A stretch of DNA of 64,000 bases from the human T2T-CHM13v2.0 reference genome, Homo sapiens. A program made the position numbers and the translations under genes. The DNA lies in NCBI RefSeq assembly GCF_009914755.1, contig NC_060932.1; one strand, written 5' to 3'. Positions 31,715-44,682 of this stretch are shown here, one piece after another. Numbering within the stretch: the first letter of the stretch is position 1; each line of letters opens with the position of its first letter. The notes beneath the pieces were generated by a model. It searched no databases and was not told where the DNA came from. It was given only the letters and a program-made list of their open reading frames with translations.

Positions 31715-31764
31715 TTTGCCATTATTTTAATGGCAAAAACCACAATTACTTTTGCACCAACCTA
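31715..31764. mobile_element. MADE1 MITE, partial (right arm and centre)
   Basis: ttgccattattttaatggcaaaaaccacaattacttttgcaccaaccta. Confidence 0.9.
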
Positions 31765-32934
31765 TATGGAACAATCTTAAATACTAGAGACATTGTATTT
31801 CCTCAGCATATTACTACTCAATTCTCGGCAGGCTTTGATTGCGTTTTTGTTTTTTGCTCAAATTAAGCCATACAGAAGGTAATATTTTGCTTAGAATTTA
31901 AGAAAATAAAGTGACCCTTGTGATATGAACTTCATGAACTACACACATATTATTTATATTTACAATTTATTTAACCACTGTGACAGCAAAAATCTAAAAA
32001 ATGGCGCATCGTTCCAATCATTTGCCAAGCTAAGAAAGCTGGAGTGTTTGGGGGTTGTTAAATATGCAAATTGATAAACACTCCCTACTCATCAATGTGC
32101 TTCTGGAAAATTAACTGCCCCACTGTTTATATCTTGTCATTGAAGAGCATTCGATTAATTTCTTTCCTCTTTAAATAGTTGGCCAACACTTAATTATTTG
32201 AAAGGTATTACTAAGATGCAGAACTTAAATACACCCCTGTAAATAAAGACATTCCAATAAAGTATAATTATTTATAGGCAGCAATTATCTGAGGCCAACA
32301 CTCTTCCTATCCCAGCCAACCTCGGATATAATTTTTTTTACCTTTGAGTAAGCAAATTGCAAGGGATAGTCCCAGAGCAGCCATAATTTCGCTTTTTTCA
32401 TCAGCGCTGTATTTTTGTATCACCTTGCACTTAACTTTATTATGTCGAAATGCCAGATTGGAAATAGAATGATGGTGCTGAGAAAAGTTATATGTTTAGA
32501 ATCCCTTGATTTGTGTGTGTGTAAATTGTCAAACAAAATGCCGTATTAGTATTCAATGCAGTTAGGTTTTTAGTAGCTTAAAGATAAGAGTGTTTTGATC
32601 ACTCTAATAAATACATTCATTTTACTACATGTGGCAACATTTAACAGAGTGTAAATTCTCAATATTTTATATCATTACAGTATTACACATTAAATATGTT
32701 GCCACAAGACACGGAGTTGAATTTTCGAGCTAAGACCCTAGTGTCTACGTGTGTGTGTTTCTACAAGTGCCTTAGATATTTATACATGTTTGTACATCCT
32801 TTAAATTCAGTTCACAAAACTGCTAAATGCGGAAATGGCTCTTGAAAAATCACTGCTTTCCCTGGATCTCTACTTTGTCTCTTATTTACTGGAAAAAGCA
32901 ATTTAAAACGACCTCTCACCAAACTGCTGTAGTT

Positions 32935-33050
32935 GCCTTACCTGCAAAATTGAGAAATAATGGGTTGATGGGAGAATTAAATAAATTTACATATGCAAAC
33001 TGTTTAGAAAAATGCCTGAGCCTACTCTGTATGTTATTTTATTAGTCGTA
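32935..33050 (+). mobile_element. MIR 3' half
   Basis: cctgcaaaattgagaaataat...gagaattaaat...atatgcaaactgtttagaaaaatgcctg. Confidence 0.6.
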
Positions 33051-33058
33051 TTATTTTC

Positions 33059-33326
33059 TTTCCTTTAAGACAGAGTTTCACACTTTCACCCAGGCTGGAG
33101 AGCAGTGGCGCGATCTCGGCTCAGTGAAACCTCCATCCCCTGGGTTCGAGCGATTCGCCTGCTTCAGCCTCCCCAGTAAACTGAGATGACAGGTGCACAC
33201 CACTACACCCGACTAATTTTTGTACTTTTAGTAGAGACCGGGGTTTTGCCACATTGATCAGGCTGGTCTCAAACTCCTGACCTCAGGTGATCCGCCTGCC
33301 TCGGTCTCCCAAAGTGCTAAAATGGC
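33059..33326 (-). mobile_element. AluS, slightly 5'-truncated
   Basis: Antisense Alu; exact 15-bp TSD agtcgtattattttc at 33044-33058 and 33327-33341. Confidence 0.95.
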
Positions 33327-34939
33327 AGTCGTATTATTTTCATATTAGTGTTAGTGGGATCATTATTGTTACCGTTATTATTAAAAAACCAGTCATTTTC
33401 ATTCGTCTAAATTGAGGCATAATGAACAAGTGTTCAATCATCTACTTAATTCTGAAGGTAATTGAAAATTATTACCTAAGAATAAAAACACAACTAACAG
33501 TATGGTGTCTTGGTCGAAAGTATTTGATGCGGTACCAGTTAGAACTAGATTTGACACTGGTGACTGTCAAATATTGGCTGTGTAAGCTTGTAAAAATTGT
33601 AAAAAAAAAAGCTTGTAAAAATATCATGTGCTGTATCAGCTCCTCTACAAAATAGAAATTGATAACCAATTTCAGATGATTTTTGAGAGGATTGAATGAA
33701 GTAATATTTGCACGTTTTCTAACAGGGCAATCACTCATATGTGTGTAGTTATAGGTATAGATTATACCTATATACACACAGAGACATACAAATAGAATAG
33801 ATGATATAAAGATAATATATATACATTTTATATTTTGTTATATATTACTACATACCATTTCCAAACATTATCATCAGTTTCCAGTTGAATTTTAAAAGAG
33901 AAACAATTTCTCATTGTATTATTTTTAAATAAATTTATAAATGTCATCAAATTTGTGACACAAAATAAATCTATCTAGTAATAAGTATGGCAATAATAAT
34001 TTTGTACACCTGCTATAATTTAGAACTGTATTTTCCCATAGAAAAGCATCTGTGTGGCTATGAACATATATATTATCATTTAACATAGTGCTAATTCCAT
34101 CCTGTTTTATCATTTGATGGAAACAGTGGAGGAGTTGTGTCTGTAGGGAAACTGGATCTCTTTCCTTTATGTTAATGCTCTCTGTATTTTAATCACTCGA
34201 ATTTCATAACTTTGAGTTACTTGACTTTCACTTACCAAATATTTGGTAATCACTAAATTTTAATGAAAGCATATATCTGCAACCAGACTATATAATGCAG
34301 TCAAAAGTTTAAACTCAAGGTAGTTGATATCTAGGATAGTGTATCTATTTATATTTTTTTACTGCATGGCTGTTATGAAAAGCCTATTTTGTGTTAAATG
34401 TTGTAGTTTAGTTAATGATCACATTCTTTAAAAAGTATGAATTTCTTCTTATATTCTCTGCTAATACAGATTTTTAAAAAACATTAGGGCACCATTTTCT
34501 CTGATTATTAATCTTGAAAATACCTTCCCAATTCATGAAGTAATAAAACGTTCCATGGAATAGAGCAAAACCAAAAGCAAACACATTCTACTTACACATC
34601 TGTTTCTTTATTGTCTGCCTGATGTTAATTATGGCTGGTCTTTAATTTATCATATATTCTCTCTCTCTTTTTTATATTCTCTTTTTTCAATGAAAAGAAG
34701 TTAATGTTAGATTTAAGAATTTTAGAGTATAAAAGTGGTCTCTTATATTGTCCTAATCTACAATAATCTTATAATTGGTTAAGGTGACATTTAAGAATTG
34801 AAAATAATGCATAACACATGTCCGTTTTTATGGACAACCGTAAAGTATGTATTCCTGTGTACCAGAACCGCAGACTTCAAGACTTTTGTGAATAAAAGTG
34901 ATATTCAATATTGCACACTCTTGATTTATTTATATTCAG

Positions 34940-35350
34940 TTAATCTAATTACATATACTTATAAAATGTTTAAACATCATGGAAATTTATAAAGTAAATA
35001 ATGAAAAAATAACTGTTAATTCCCTGGTCCTTCTTCATCCCACAACTCAAAAGTAAAAACTGGAAACATCTAGGTTTCCCTCTATAACTTTTTATATATG
35101 GGTAAAAATTGGAACAGAAAGACCCACATCACTTTTGAAAACTAGGCAACAATCATATTTTTATGCACTGCTATTTATTTCACCTAACAAGAGTTCAGAA
35201 ACCCTTCAACAGAGCTAGACCTCAATTTTCTTAAAGGATGCATAGTATTCCATAACTTGAATGCACTGAAATGTATAGAGCCAGTCTTTCTTTTGATAGA
35301 CATGTTTGGGTTTTCACTGTCACATGCAACTTGGCCAAGGAGTCTGCATA
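34940..35350 (-). mobile_element. Old L1ME-like 3' fragment
   Basis: tgcatagtattccata...ttttgatagacat resembles antisense L1 3' region. Confidence 0.5.
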
Positions 35351-35364
35351 CATTCCTCTTCTCG

Positions 35365-35950
35365 TGTGTCAGTCTCAGCCAGGCTTCTCTAGAATCAGAG
35401 CAGGAGGCAAGCTTTCAGTGTGGATACTTTATTAGGAGGTAAAATCCCAGCGCACCACGAGTGAGGGAATGGAGAAACAGAGTACAGAAGTAGGGAGAGC
35501 AAAGGGAAGATGTCACGGGACAAAGCCAGCCTTTGCCTTCCAGACATTCATTTAACTATGTGAGCCTGCTCCATTCAGGCTGAGCAGAACCCTGGTCCTC
35601 GGAAAATGCCACCGAGGAAGAAAGAGCGAGGAGTGCATTTGCTGGCTCCCCTCTGCTTCAGATGAATCCAAGTTTGTCCCACAGTTCCTGATTGTGTCAC
35701 CTGGCCCTTTGGGCTTCAACCATGGAGCCAGGTATCACACACTGCAGGGATGGAGCCTCATTCAAATCCCCAGTGCTGAGAAGAGTCAGGGACTCAGGGG
35801 ATGCCACAGCGTCTGGTCTGGGTGTCAGAGCTGTGCTCACCCTGGGGAGCTGGGAGAGTCAGCAGTGCTGGGAGGTGAGGCAGTTGCAACAGCTCTGGCC
35901 TGGGCCATGGGAGGAGGCAGTAGCTGGGGCTGGGAGATAGGTGCAGCCGT
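35365..35950 (-). mobile_element. Old MLT1-type (MLT1J/K/L-like) MaLR LTR
   Basis: ggcttctctagaatcagagcaggaggcaag...tttattaggaggtaaaatcccag...gagtgagggaatgg; right boundary uncertain. Confidence 0.55.
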
Positions 35951-36864
35951 GATGAGAATCTGGGGAAGGCAAATAAGTAGCGTGGGATTCATCATGTATG
36001 AGTATTTCCATAGGATTTTGTTCTAAGAAAGGAAGTGGGTGGTCCAGAGCTAGCATGTGGCTATTGTGACAGCCCATTTTCTTAGGAAATTTTAAATTTC
36101 CACTGCAATGCACTTCTTGCCTTCTTTCACGGATTTAGATTTTCTGATGCTTCCAGCTATGCATATTGATATAAATGGCATTTCCAAAGCCCAACAGGTA
36201 TTTTCAACCTGAATACATTTATCTAACACCATGAGTTCCAGTACAGTGGCAATTCCCGCTGAGCCACATAAAGAAAAATGCGTGTGAATATAATCAAGTT
36301 GACCCAACGCCCGTGTATCTGTAAATGAATGGTCTCACCAAGCACCCAACATATTAGTGTTTTGTTTTTATGTTTTGCTTTTATTATTTTTGATAAGGCA
36401 AAGATCAAATGGTTTTCATGAAACAGTTGGAAAGCCATAGCAGTAACCCAGATAGCAAACAACTCTTCTTTAGGAACTATATCATAAAATTAAATATTAA
36501 TGAATCTAGCAAAAATCCCAAGTAGCAGCTCAATGCATAATTTCAGAGTTCACATTATTGTATGGGAGCTTATTTTTCCCTCTTTTGAAACTGTACATTT
36601 AGATTGTACACTTTTGAAAAACCTTTCCAGTAACATCAGAGGACAGGCAGGTTCTGTGCTTGCCAGCAGGTCTCCAGTTGGTCATTGCTTGATGGATGAC
36701 ACCTGTCTTTCCTTGCAATTCTGTACTCTGTCTCTGGTTTTCATTTACCCACTATCTCTATGGTCTGGACCAAGCATAGGTGACAGCAGCACGGCCCCAG
36801 CATTTTGCAGAAACACATCGTGCTGATCATTTGCAAAATCCTCATGGCTCCTGCAGACAATATT

Positions 36865-36990
36865 AATAAATAACTTGCAAATTCCCTAGTATGTGTCAGG
36901 CTCTGTTGTCACTGCTTTAAATATATTAACTCATTTTATCCTCACAACAATGTATTGAATATGTAGCAAATGAATGCAAACTAAGGCACT
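36865..36990 (-). mobile_element. MIR fragment
   Basis: tatgtgtcaggctctgtt...attaactcattttatcctcacaacaa. Confidence 0.7.
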
Positions 36991-37090
36991 CTGTGTTAGC
37001 CTGTGTGACTCAAGTAAGGCATAGAGGCCTTGGAGTTGGGACGACAATATTTACTTCCTTTTTCTCTGTGTGTGTTTTTGCAATACTGCC

Positions 37091-37464
37091 TGATATGGTT
37101 AGGCTTTGTGTCCCCACCCAAATCTCATCTTGAATTATAATCCCCATCATCTCCACATGTCAAGGAAGAGAACAGGTGGAGGTAATTGAATCATGGGAGT
37201 GGTTTCCCTGATGCTGCTCTCATGATAGCAGGTGAGTTCCTATGAAGTCTGACGGTTTTATAAGAGGATTCCTCCCATCACTCAGCACTCCTTCCTGCCG
37301 CCTTCTGAAGAAGGCACCTGGTTCCCTTTCACCTTCCACCATCATTGTAAGTTTCCTGAGGCTTCCCCAACCCTGCAGAACTGTGAGTCAATTAAAACAC
37401 TTTCCTTTATAAATTACCCAGTCTCAGGCAGTTCTTTACAGTGGTATGAAAACAGTCTAATACA
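37091..37464 (+). mobile_element. THE1C solo LTR (374 bp)
   Basis: tgatatggttaggctttgtgtcccc...ggcagttcttta...ctaataca; perfect TSD ctgcc at 37086-37090 and 37465-37469. Confidence 0.95.
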
Positions 37465-37737
37465 CTGCCTCAGAAATTGCGAGAGTAGAATTCACAATAC
37501 AACTTGCAAGGAACACAGAGACAGAAAGAGACAGAGAAGAGCCTGTGCATTAAAAGATAATTAAAAGATATCTTGCACATTTATAATTCATAGTTCACTT
37601 TTTGTGATCAAACCTTCTGTGTTACTGTTTTTGCCCTTTATGAAACAAGTTGAAATTTGAACACTTGCTGGATATTGGCTCATACTGGAGTAGTACTGGC
37701 GAATACTTTGTGCGATGTCTGAATTTTTTGACATATG

Positions 37738-37943
37738 TTTTATTTTATTTCCATCTCTATTGAAGTATGACTGGCAAACAAAAATTGTATATATTTAAGG
37801 TGTACAGTGTGTGATGCTTTGATATATGCAAGCATTGTGAAATGGTTACCACAAATCGTATATATTTAAGGTGTACAATATGATGTTTTCGTATATGTAT
37901 ACATTGTAACATGGTTACCAAAATGAAGGTATATAACATGTCA
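37738..37943 (-). mobile_element. L1MA (about L1MA8/9) 3' tip with an internal ~70-bp tandem duplication
   Basis: gtatatatttaaggtgtaca...atggttacca occurs twice (about 37782-37851 and 37852-37920). Confidence 0.8.
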
Positions 37944-39204
37944 TCTGATTCTATAAAATGACATGTTGGTCCTGATTCATTTCAAAATGATAGGAGGTGG
38001 CAACAATGAGTAATCTGTATTTAATTATTGGGGTTTGGTGGTGGGAATTTTGCAGAGGTTTGAAATTCACTCAGATCAAAATCTCTTAAAAACTATCTAA
38101 AAAATGCCTTTTAAAATTCACATTCGTAGACCCATTCCAAACAGTGAGATATGTGTGTTTGGTTTGTATGAACATGACACGCAGATCAGCGATAGAGGAG
38201 AGACTCCCGGACACTCAGCAGGAAATCAACTAAGACTCTAGAATCTAACTCAGAGAATATTCCCTTCTTGAGAAAAAATTCCAGAAATTTTACTTCTTAA
38301 AACTGACCTTAGTGGAACTGGAAATGCTTCAACTTGTGTGTAGTATCTTAACAGCATCTAAGAACATATGATACTTCAAAGTTGCTGACAAGAAACAATT
38401 CAACTTTTTTCAAGGCTAGAAATCTAATTAAGCAATCGATCAATGTTCATTCCTCCATTCAACTTTCCATCTATCCATTCAGTAAACACTTATTGATGAT
38501 ACAGTAGAGAACTAATCAAACTAAACCAATATTTGGCTTCAAGGAGCTCAAAGCCTTGAAAAATATGTAGCACCTATTTTATAGAAAGTAGCACTGTGTT
38601 TGAAGCTGGAATCAACATAAAGGCCATTTCTTATAAGTTGTTTTATATTTTACTTTATATAAAGGTGATTAGATGAATACTTTTTGAAGCACTACGGCTT
38701 TTAGACAAGGCAATTAGAAAGAAGAAAGGAAAGAAGGAAGTATGGAAGGGGAAAAAAAGCAAGGAACTATTTCAAGCTATAAATATGCAATCTCATTCGG
38801 AGTAAATAACCACTGTATGTGTTGTAATCGCATGATTAGTCTATCATCTATCTATCTGTGTGTCATCTACCTTTACCTTAAAACTTTAACATAGGCAAGC
38901 ACCGCATCAGGCCTTGGTCTGTAGTATTCCACACCTCAGCTACTGATAGATAACTTTATCTTTTTCAAAATAGCTTTATACTTGCATCATAATGAATGAA
39001 CAATGAACATGTGTGATTAATAAGATCAAGAAAGCCACTGTATAATTGGCCGTGGTTTTCATCAAATTACGTGGGATACTGCCTAAAATCGCATTCTAAA
39101 ATCTAAATTTCTATTTATCAATTAGTTTATTTTAATTTGCAGTACTTATTAATACATAAATGAAAAGAAAGGGATGGTGGAGGAGATCTTTCAATCCGAT
39201 TGTA

Positions 39205-39481
39205 TTTTTTTTTTTTTTTTTTTCTGAGACGGAGTCTTGCTCTGTCACCCAGGCTGGTATGCAGTGTTCCATTCTCGACTCACTGCAATCTCTGCCTCCC
39301 AGGTTCAAGCAGTTCTCCTGCCTCAGCCTCCTGAGCAGCTGGGATTACGGGTGCCTGCCACCTCTCCCGGCTAATTTTTGTATTTTTTAGTAAAGATGGG
39401 GTTTCACTATGTTGGCCAGGCTGGTCTCGAACTCCTGACCTCAGGTGATCTACCCACCTTGGCCTCCCAGAGTCCTGGGAT
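39205..39481 (-). mobile_element. AluS, slightly 5'-truncated
   Basis: 19-T run then antisense Alu ending at ...agtcctgggat; no clear TSD. Confidence 0.93.
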
Positions 39482-39589
39482 CAGTTGGCATCTTATGTAG
39501 AATAGCTAACAGTGAATTTACTTATTTTTGAATTATATCTGAATTCTTAACACCTTAAGTTATATAGATGGATATTTCATATAGACAGA

Positions 39590-39890
39590 AAGAAATAGAG
39601 ATAGACTTTTTGTGTGTGTATATATATATATTTACACACACACTTAATTCTGGTTTATATATATATAATATTAAATATAGTATAGTGTATATATAGTATA
39701 GAGTATAGTGTATATATAGTATATACTATATTAGATATTTCCACAAGCTTTATTTTTCATTTCATTTTTATCTTTTGCTTTTTTCTCCTTTATTTCCTTC
39801 TTTCCCTTCCCTTCCCTTCTTTTCTTCCTTTTCTCCCTTCCTCTTCTCTCTCCCTCTCTGTCTTTCTTTCTTTCTTCCTTTCTTTTTTTG
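39590..39890. repeat. Low-complexity TA-rich then CT-rich tract
   Basis: Direct reading. Confidence 0.85.
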
Positions 39891-40630
39891 TAAGAAAATC
39901 TTTCCTGGTATTTGGAATTCAGAGTAAATACAGAAGCCCTCCTTCCCTCATGGTAAGGTAGTATGTGCTCTGCCTACAAATCTTGAAAGATTCGTGTCTC
40001 TTTCTCTGTACAGTAGTACTTTAAAAGCTGAGAAGGAAAATAAGCATGAGAATTATATATGAACAAGCGCTATACCCAAGTCCTCTGGTAATATACAAGC
40101 TCACTGATTCTCAGTTCGAAAATATGATATGACCTTGTAATAACATGCGACGGTTATTGAATATTTTGGAACTGAAAAGTGACTTGTTTTCTTCTATCAA
40201 GCCTTTATTTCTCCAGAATAAATTGTTAAACAGGGGAGGGAGTTCTATCCTAAATATGAATTAAAGCTAAAAGCCATTTTACATGTTTGGATGCAAAGCG
40301 TCTCACTTGAGCAACTCCATGAGATGAAGCTTTGGCATTTGTCTAGCGCCATCTACTGTCCAACTCAAGCAGAAGCATAGATCTTGTCACCATGATTCGA
40401 AGCTGGTTTTGCCCTCTAAGCGTAGCTTGAGTTGTTTGCAATAGGATATGATTGGAAAAAGAAGAGAAATTACAACAAATCTGAGAAAAGTAATCAGTTA
40501 TAAACCTAAGTAGAGCTGAGAAACCAAGATAAATACTAACAAACATGTATATAGGTATGCTCAAACAAGCAACCTTAAATTCAGAGGATAGGGAACTCTA
40601 AGATATAATGGTTTGTATATAAAAATGAAC

Positions 40631-40666
40631 ACACAGAGACAGACACACACACACACACACAAACAC
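40631..40666. repeat. (CA)n-rich microsatellite
   Basis: Direct reading. Confidence 0.85.
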
Positions 40667-42929
40667 TAGTATAATCTGAAATAATTTATGAAAGCCATTT
40701 AGTGAATATTTAATTACTCAAAAGAGTCTTTAATAGCAACAATTTAAAGAATTTTCTTCATTAGTAAGAGATGCTATTTTTCACATTTTCTTATGAACAC
40801 GATTTTTATTTTTATAGTAAAGAGTAAAAAGTTAGAATTTTAGTAAGGGGAAAAAACCTATCAGTTCAATTCTTCAGAAAACTAGCAGATAGCCTAATGA
40901 GTATAAGAAAAAAGTACAGTAAGTTCAGCTTGGTTTGAACAATGGTAAAATTAAGGAATACAAATGACTGCTTAGTCTATTTCCCTGCTGGGTAATAACA
41001 TAAATTTACCTAAATATGTAGGCCACTTTTGGAGCTCAGTCTTTCAGTAATCTGCTACTGTGGTATAATATTACCCTCCATGACAATTCATATGCTGCAA
41101 TCATTGCTTCTTTAAAGGAGAGTGGTATTCATGGGCAACAGAATTAACTTAAAATCTACAGGTAACAAACAATTGTGAAAAAATGCATACCTCTCTGAAA
41201 TACAGAGCAAACCGTTAAAGGAGTACAAGTGGCCTGTTTTTGTAAAGATCTTTACTTCATACATACTAAGAACAATTTTAAAAATTGTACACTTAGTTAT
41301 TGGAATTAGATTGCTTTTAACAAGACTATGTGTAAACATTTAAGCAAATCAGCACATTTGAATGCTTTCTCAATTTTCACCGTACAAGGATGCTTATTCA
41401 TAATATAGCCTTTTTTTGTAAACTTAGCACATCAGTTCACAATAGGTTATTTAGGAAAAGCACAATGCAATGTGTTGTGTTTTAAGTGCCGTTAGGTGCA
41501 TATAGTCTCCTTCTGTGCTAATTTCTAAGACAATATCATGACCTCTTTCTTGTGTGCTGAGTGTACCAGTTTACATCTGGAGTCATTTCTCAGTTTTTTG
41601 GGGGTGTTTTATTTTTCCTTCTCAGATCTAAATTAGTTCAAGTAATAGAAGTTAAGATCAAGAAGATTTTCACAACATTGTAGGTAAGAATGAGCAAAAA
41701 GGCAAAGAACACATTGATTCAAGGAGATTAGCTTTCTCCTAATCCATGCACACAAAAATTATTACACATTATGTAATTTTATGACAATTAAAAATATATA
41801 CAATAAGTATAATACAAAGATAAAAGAGTTTCTCAGAAAGAAAAATAAAAGGCATCCTCCTTATGTGGAGATTAATTTTAACAGTTATTTCTTTCAAATA
41901 CACTACTTATTGAATTCCATTTATAAAGATTTAAGTTTTTCTTTCTATCATGCTCTTTTTCATGACACATTTTACACTTGAAGATGTGTCTTTTGACAAT
42001 GGCCCCTGAATGAGTACGCAATGTAGCTGAATAAAACAGGAGCATAAATCTAAACAGATATACATAAGAAGATCCCAATTTGTAGCCAGTATTTTGACTA
42101 TTACAGGAAATATAAGATTGGCTGCATTTAAAAATTTTACATTAATCAGGGTTAAGATAAATTATGTTATTTTACATTTTTGTTTATCATAAAGAACTAC
42201 AGAAAAAAGGAGTAATAATTCCATTGTAAAGAAATATCAATTATGTATTTCTGTCCCTTATAAACACCAGATGTTATAAAGTCATATTTGCTATTTCAAA
42301 GTAGCTCCTAAAATCTCTTCCCGATCCCCTAAACTTCCTCCTAGTTCTTCTTCATATCAATGCATTGCACTAAGTTCAGCCAGTTACCCATGCCATTTAC
42401 TCATAACCATTTCTCCCATCTCACTTTCCTAATTTCCTAATCCTATATTTCCAAGTCCTGCCAAATATAGCCAATAAACACAAATTGAAACTATCTCCCC
42501 TATTCCATCTGGAATTATTTCCATATTATCTTTAAAGAGGAAGACAGACTATGTGTTTGCACTTTCAAAGGATGTATTCATGCCTGTAAAAAGTACAGTC
42601 CTAGAGATTTGGTGACTCAAATCTTTTCACTAACAGGCCCGTCTTCTTTGCCTTCAAGTGAAAATATTTAAACAACAAATTGCTCTACCCAGTGTAGCAT
42701 CAAGGAACATCATTGAGAAGGAAATTTCCATCATGTACAATGGGAAAGGGACCTACCCAAACAGAGACACACTATAATCCAAACACATATGTATGTGCAC
42801 ACCCATGACCCTGTTCAGAAATAGGACCTGTCAGCATCCCATCACCACATAAAACCTATTTGATCTGAGCTTAAGAATCTCTGTAAAATGATGCCATTGT
42901 CTGAGTATGTGACCAGTAACCCTCAGCGT

Positions 42930-43160
42930 GTTCTGTTTTGGCTTTCCTCAGAAGTGGAGTCTAAGAAAATTATTTTAGAATGAGCAGTTTGTTTTGGAGG
43001 TGGTTCTTAAAATCACTCACAAGAAAAGATAAGGTGAGAAAAGAAAAGAAAGGGTCAGGGAAGGAAAGGAAAAAAGTAAATTAATGGTGCTTTCTTGACC
43101 AACTTAACACAACGCGAGGCAATTAGAACTCATCTTTCTGCAGAACTCGGGAAAATGTAC
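42930..43160 (-). mobile_element. Old MLT1-type LTR fragment
   Basis: ttcctcagaagtggagtctaaga...gcagtttgttttggaggtg...cagggaaggaaagg. Confidence 0.5.
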
Positions 43161-43305
43161 ACATAAGTTGTGTCATTTGATGGAAGCCTAAACTATACCA
43201 TTAAATATAGCTTTCATTTTGTAGAAAGTATTAGTAATATATGATTAAAAATGTCCTTGTGGGTTTTTTGGAGGAAGGTAGGTAGAGGTAAGACAGCATA
43301 GAATC

Positions 43306-43326
43306 ATGATGATGATGATGATGATG
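43306..43326. repeat. (ATG)7 microsatellite
   Basis: Direct reading. Confidence 0.9.
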
Positions 43327-43779
43327 ATTTTTATTATTATTCAGAATGATTATTTCTTGTACAACCCCCAAAAGTCAATAGAATACAAGACACAAAAAGA
43401 GAGCATAATTTCTATCACCAGTTAGTAGAGGTGCTGGAAATTATGCTCTCTCAAAATTTCAAAGGAAATTTCATTACTTGTGAAATGTGTAGGGTCTTAT
43501 ATTCTGTATTTTACCCATTTTTACAGTTGAAATGGCACCCAGCAGTATCTTTTGTGTAGAAAACATTCACAGTAAATTTGTGGGTTTTAAGATTATAGTT
43601 TGAGTTTATCCCTCCTCTATGAAGCTGAAAAACAGTACAGAGGAGAAATTTTTAATATGTCACCGAGACTTGCAGGATAAGGCAGAACCCAGACACACAA
43701 AAGGCTGATGATGCTCCGAGCAGAGAGAACGACAAGGTGAAGAGGACGACAAGGTGAAGAGGACCTGCCAAGGCACAGT

Positions 43780-44300
43780 GAGAAGCAGGGAGAGGGGTCA
43801 TGGGAGAACAGGATGGGTGAGGGCAAGGGACAGGATATTTGGGGTTTGAGAAAAGATTTCAAGGGTTAAGGTAGTAAGACTTGATATAGTAGACACTAAG
43901 TAAGCTTTGCAAACAAACAAAAAAAGATATCATTTACGTATTGAGCAAACAAAATATGGTGGCAGCTTTAAAAAATATAATAAAGGAAGGAGAATAGGCA
44001 GGCACAGAGAGACAGGCCAATGGCTGCAGCGTTTCATGAACAGGGACAAGGACATCAACTCGAGGAAAGGTTGCGGAAATGGAATAGGGGAGATAGTTTC
44101 AATTTGTGTTTATTGCCTATATTTAGCAGGACTTGGAAATATAGGATTAGGAAGTTAGGAAAGTGAGATGGGAGAAATGGTTATGAATAAATGGCATGAG
44201 TAACTGGCTGAACTTAGTGCAATGAATTGATATGAAGAAGAATTAGGAGGAAGTTTAGGGGATCGGGAAGATATTTTAGGAGCTACTTTGAAATAGCAAA
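43780..44300 (-). mobile_element. Highly diverged L2 fragment
   Basis: Purine-rich tract with L2-like motifs (agcaggacttggaaat). Confidence 0.4.
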
Positions 44301-44599
44301 TATGAATTTATAACATCTGCTGTTTATAAGGGACAGAAATACATAATTGGTATTTCTTTACAAGAAAATGAATACGATTTCTAGGGAGATTTTTATAAAA
44401 CGAAGAAGAAAATAAGGAGACTGTAGTTACAGAATCAACAACAGTTAAAGAGCCAGAATAGGAAAGTCTGAGATAAACTGGCCCATAGAAAGCAGGAGAA
44501 TCGGGAGAGGTGGAGCACTGCGAAAAAAAGTGCTATTAGAAAGGGATTGGGACTTTCATAATGTTATAGAACCGGAAATCTCAAGTGACAGGGGACAGA

Positions 44600-44682
44600 T
44601 GAATGCATTTAACCATGTATGCATCTCTCAAAACATCATGTTGTGTAAGATAAAAATATGCAATTTTTATTTGGCAAATAAA
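44600..44682 (+). mobile_element. L1MA 3' tip
   Basis: tcaaaacatcatgttgtgtaagataaaaatatgcaatttttatttggcaaataaaa. Confidence 0.6.

Noticed and set aside
32930-32965. Minus-strand tttgcag|gtaagg recursive-splice-like motif
   Set aside because: Falls within a MIR core and no host gene is evident
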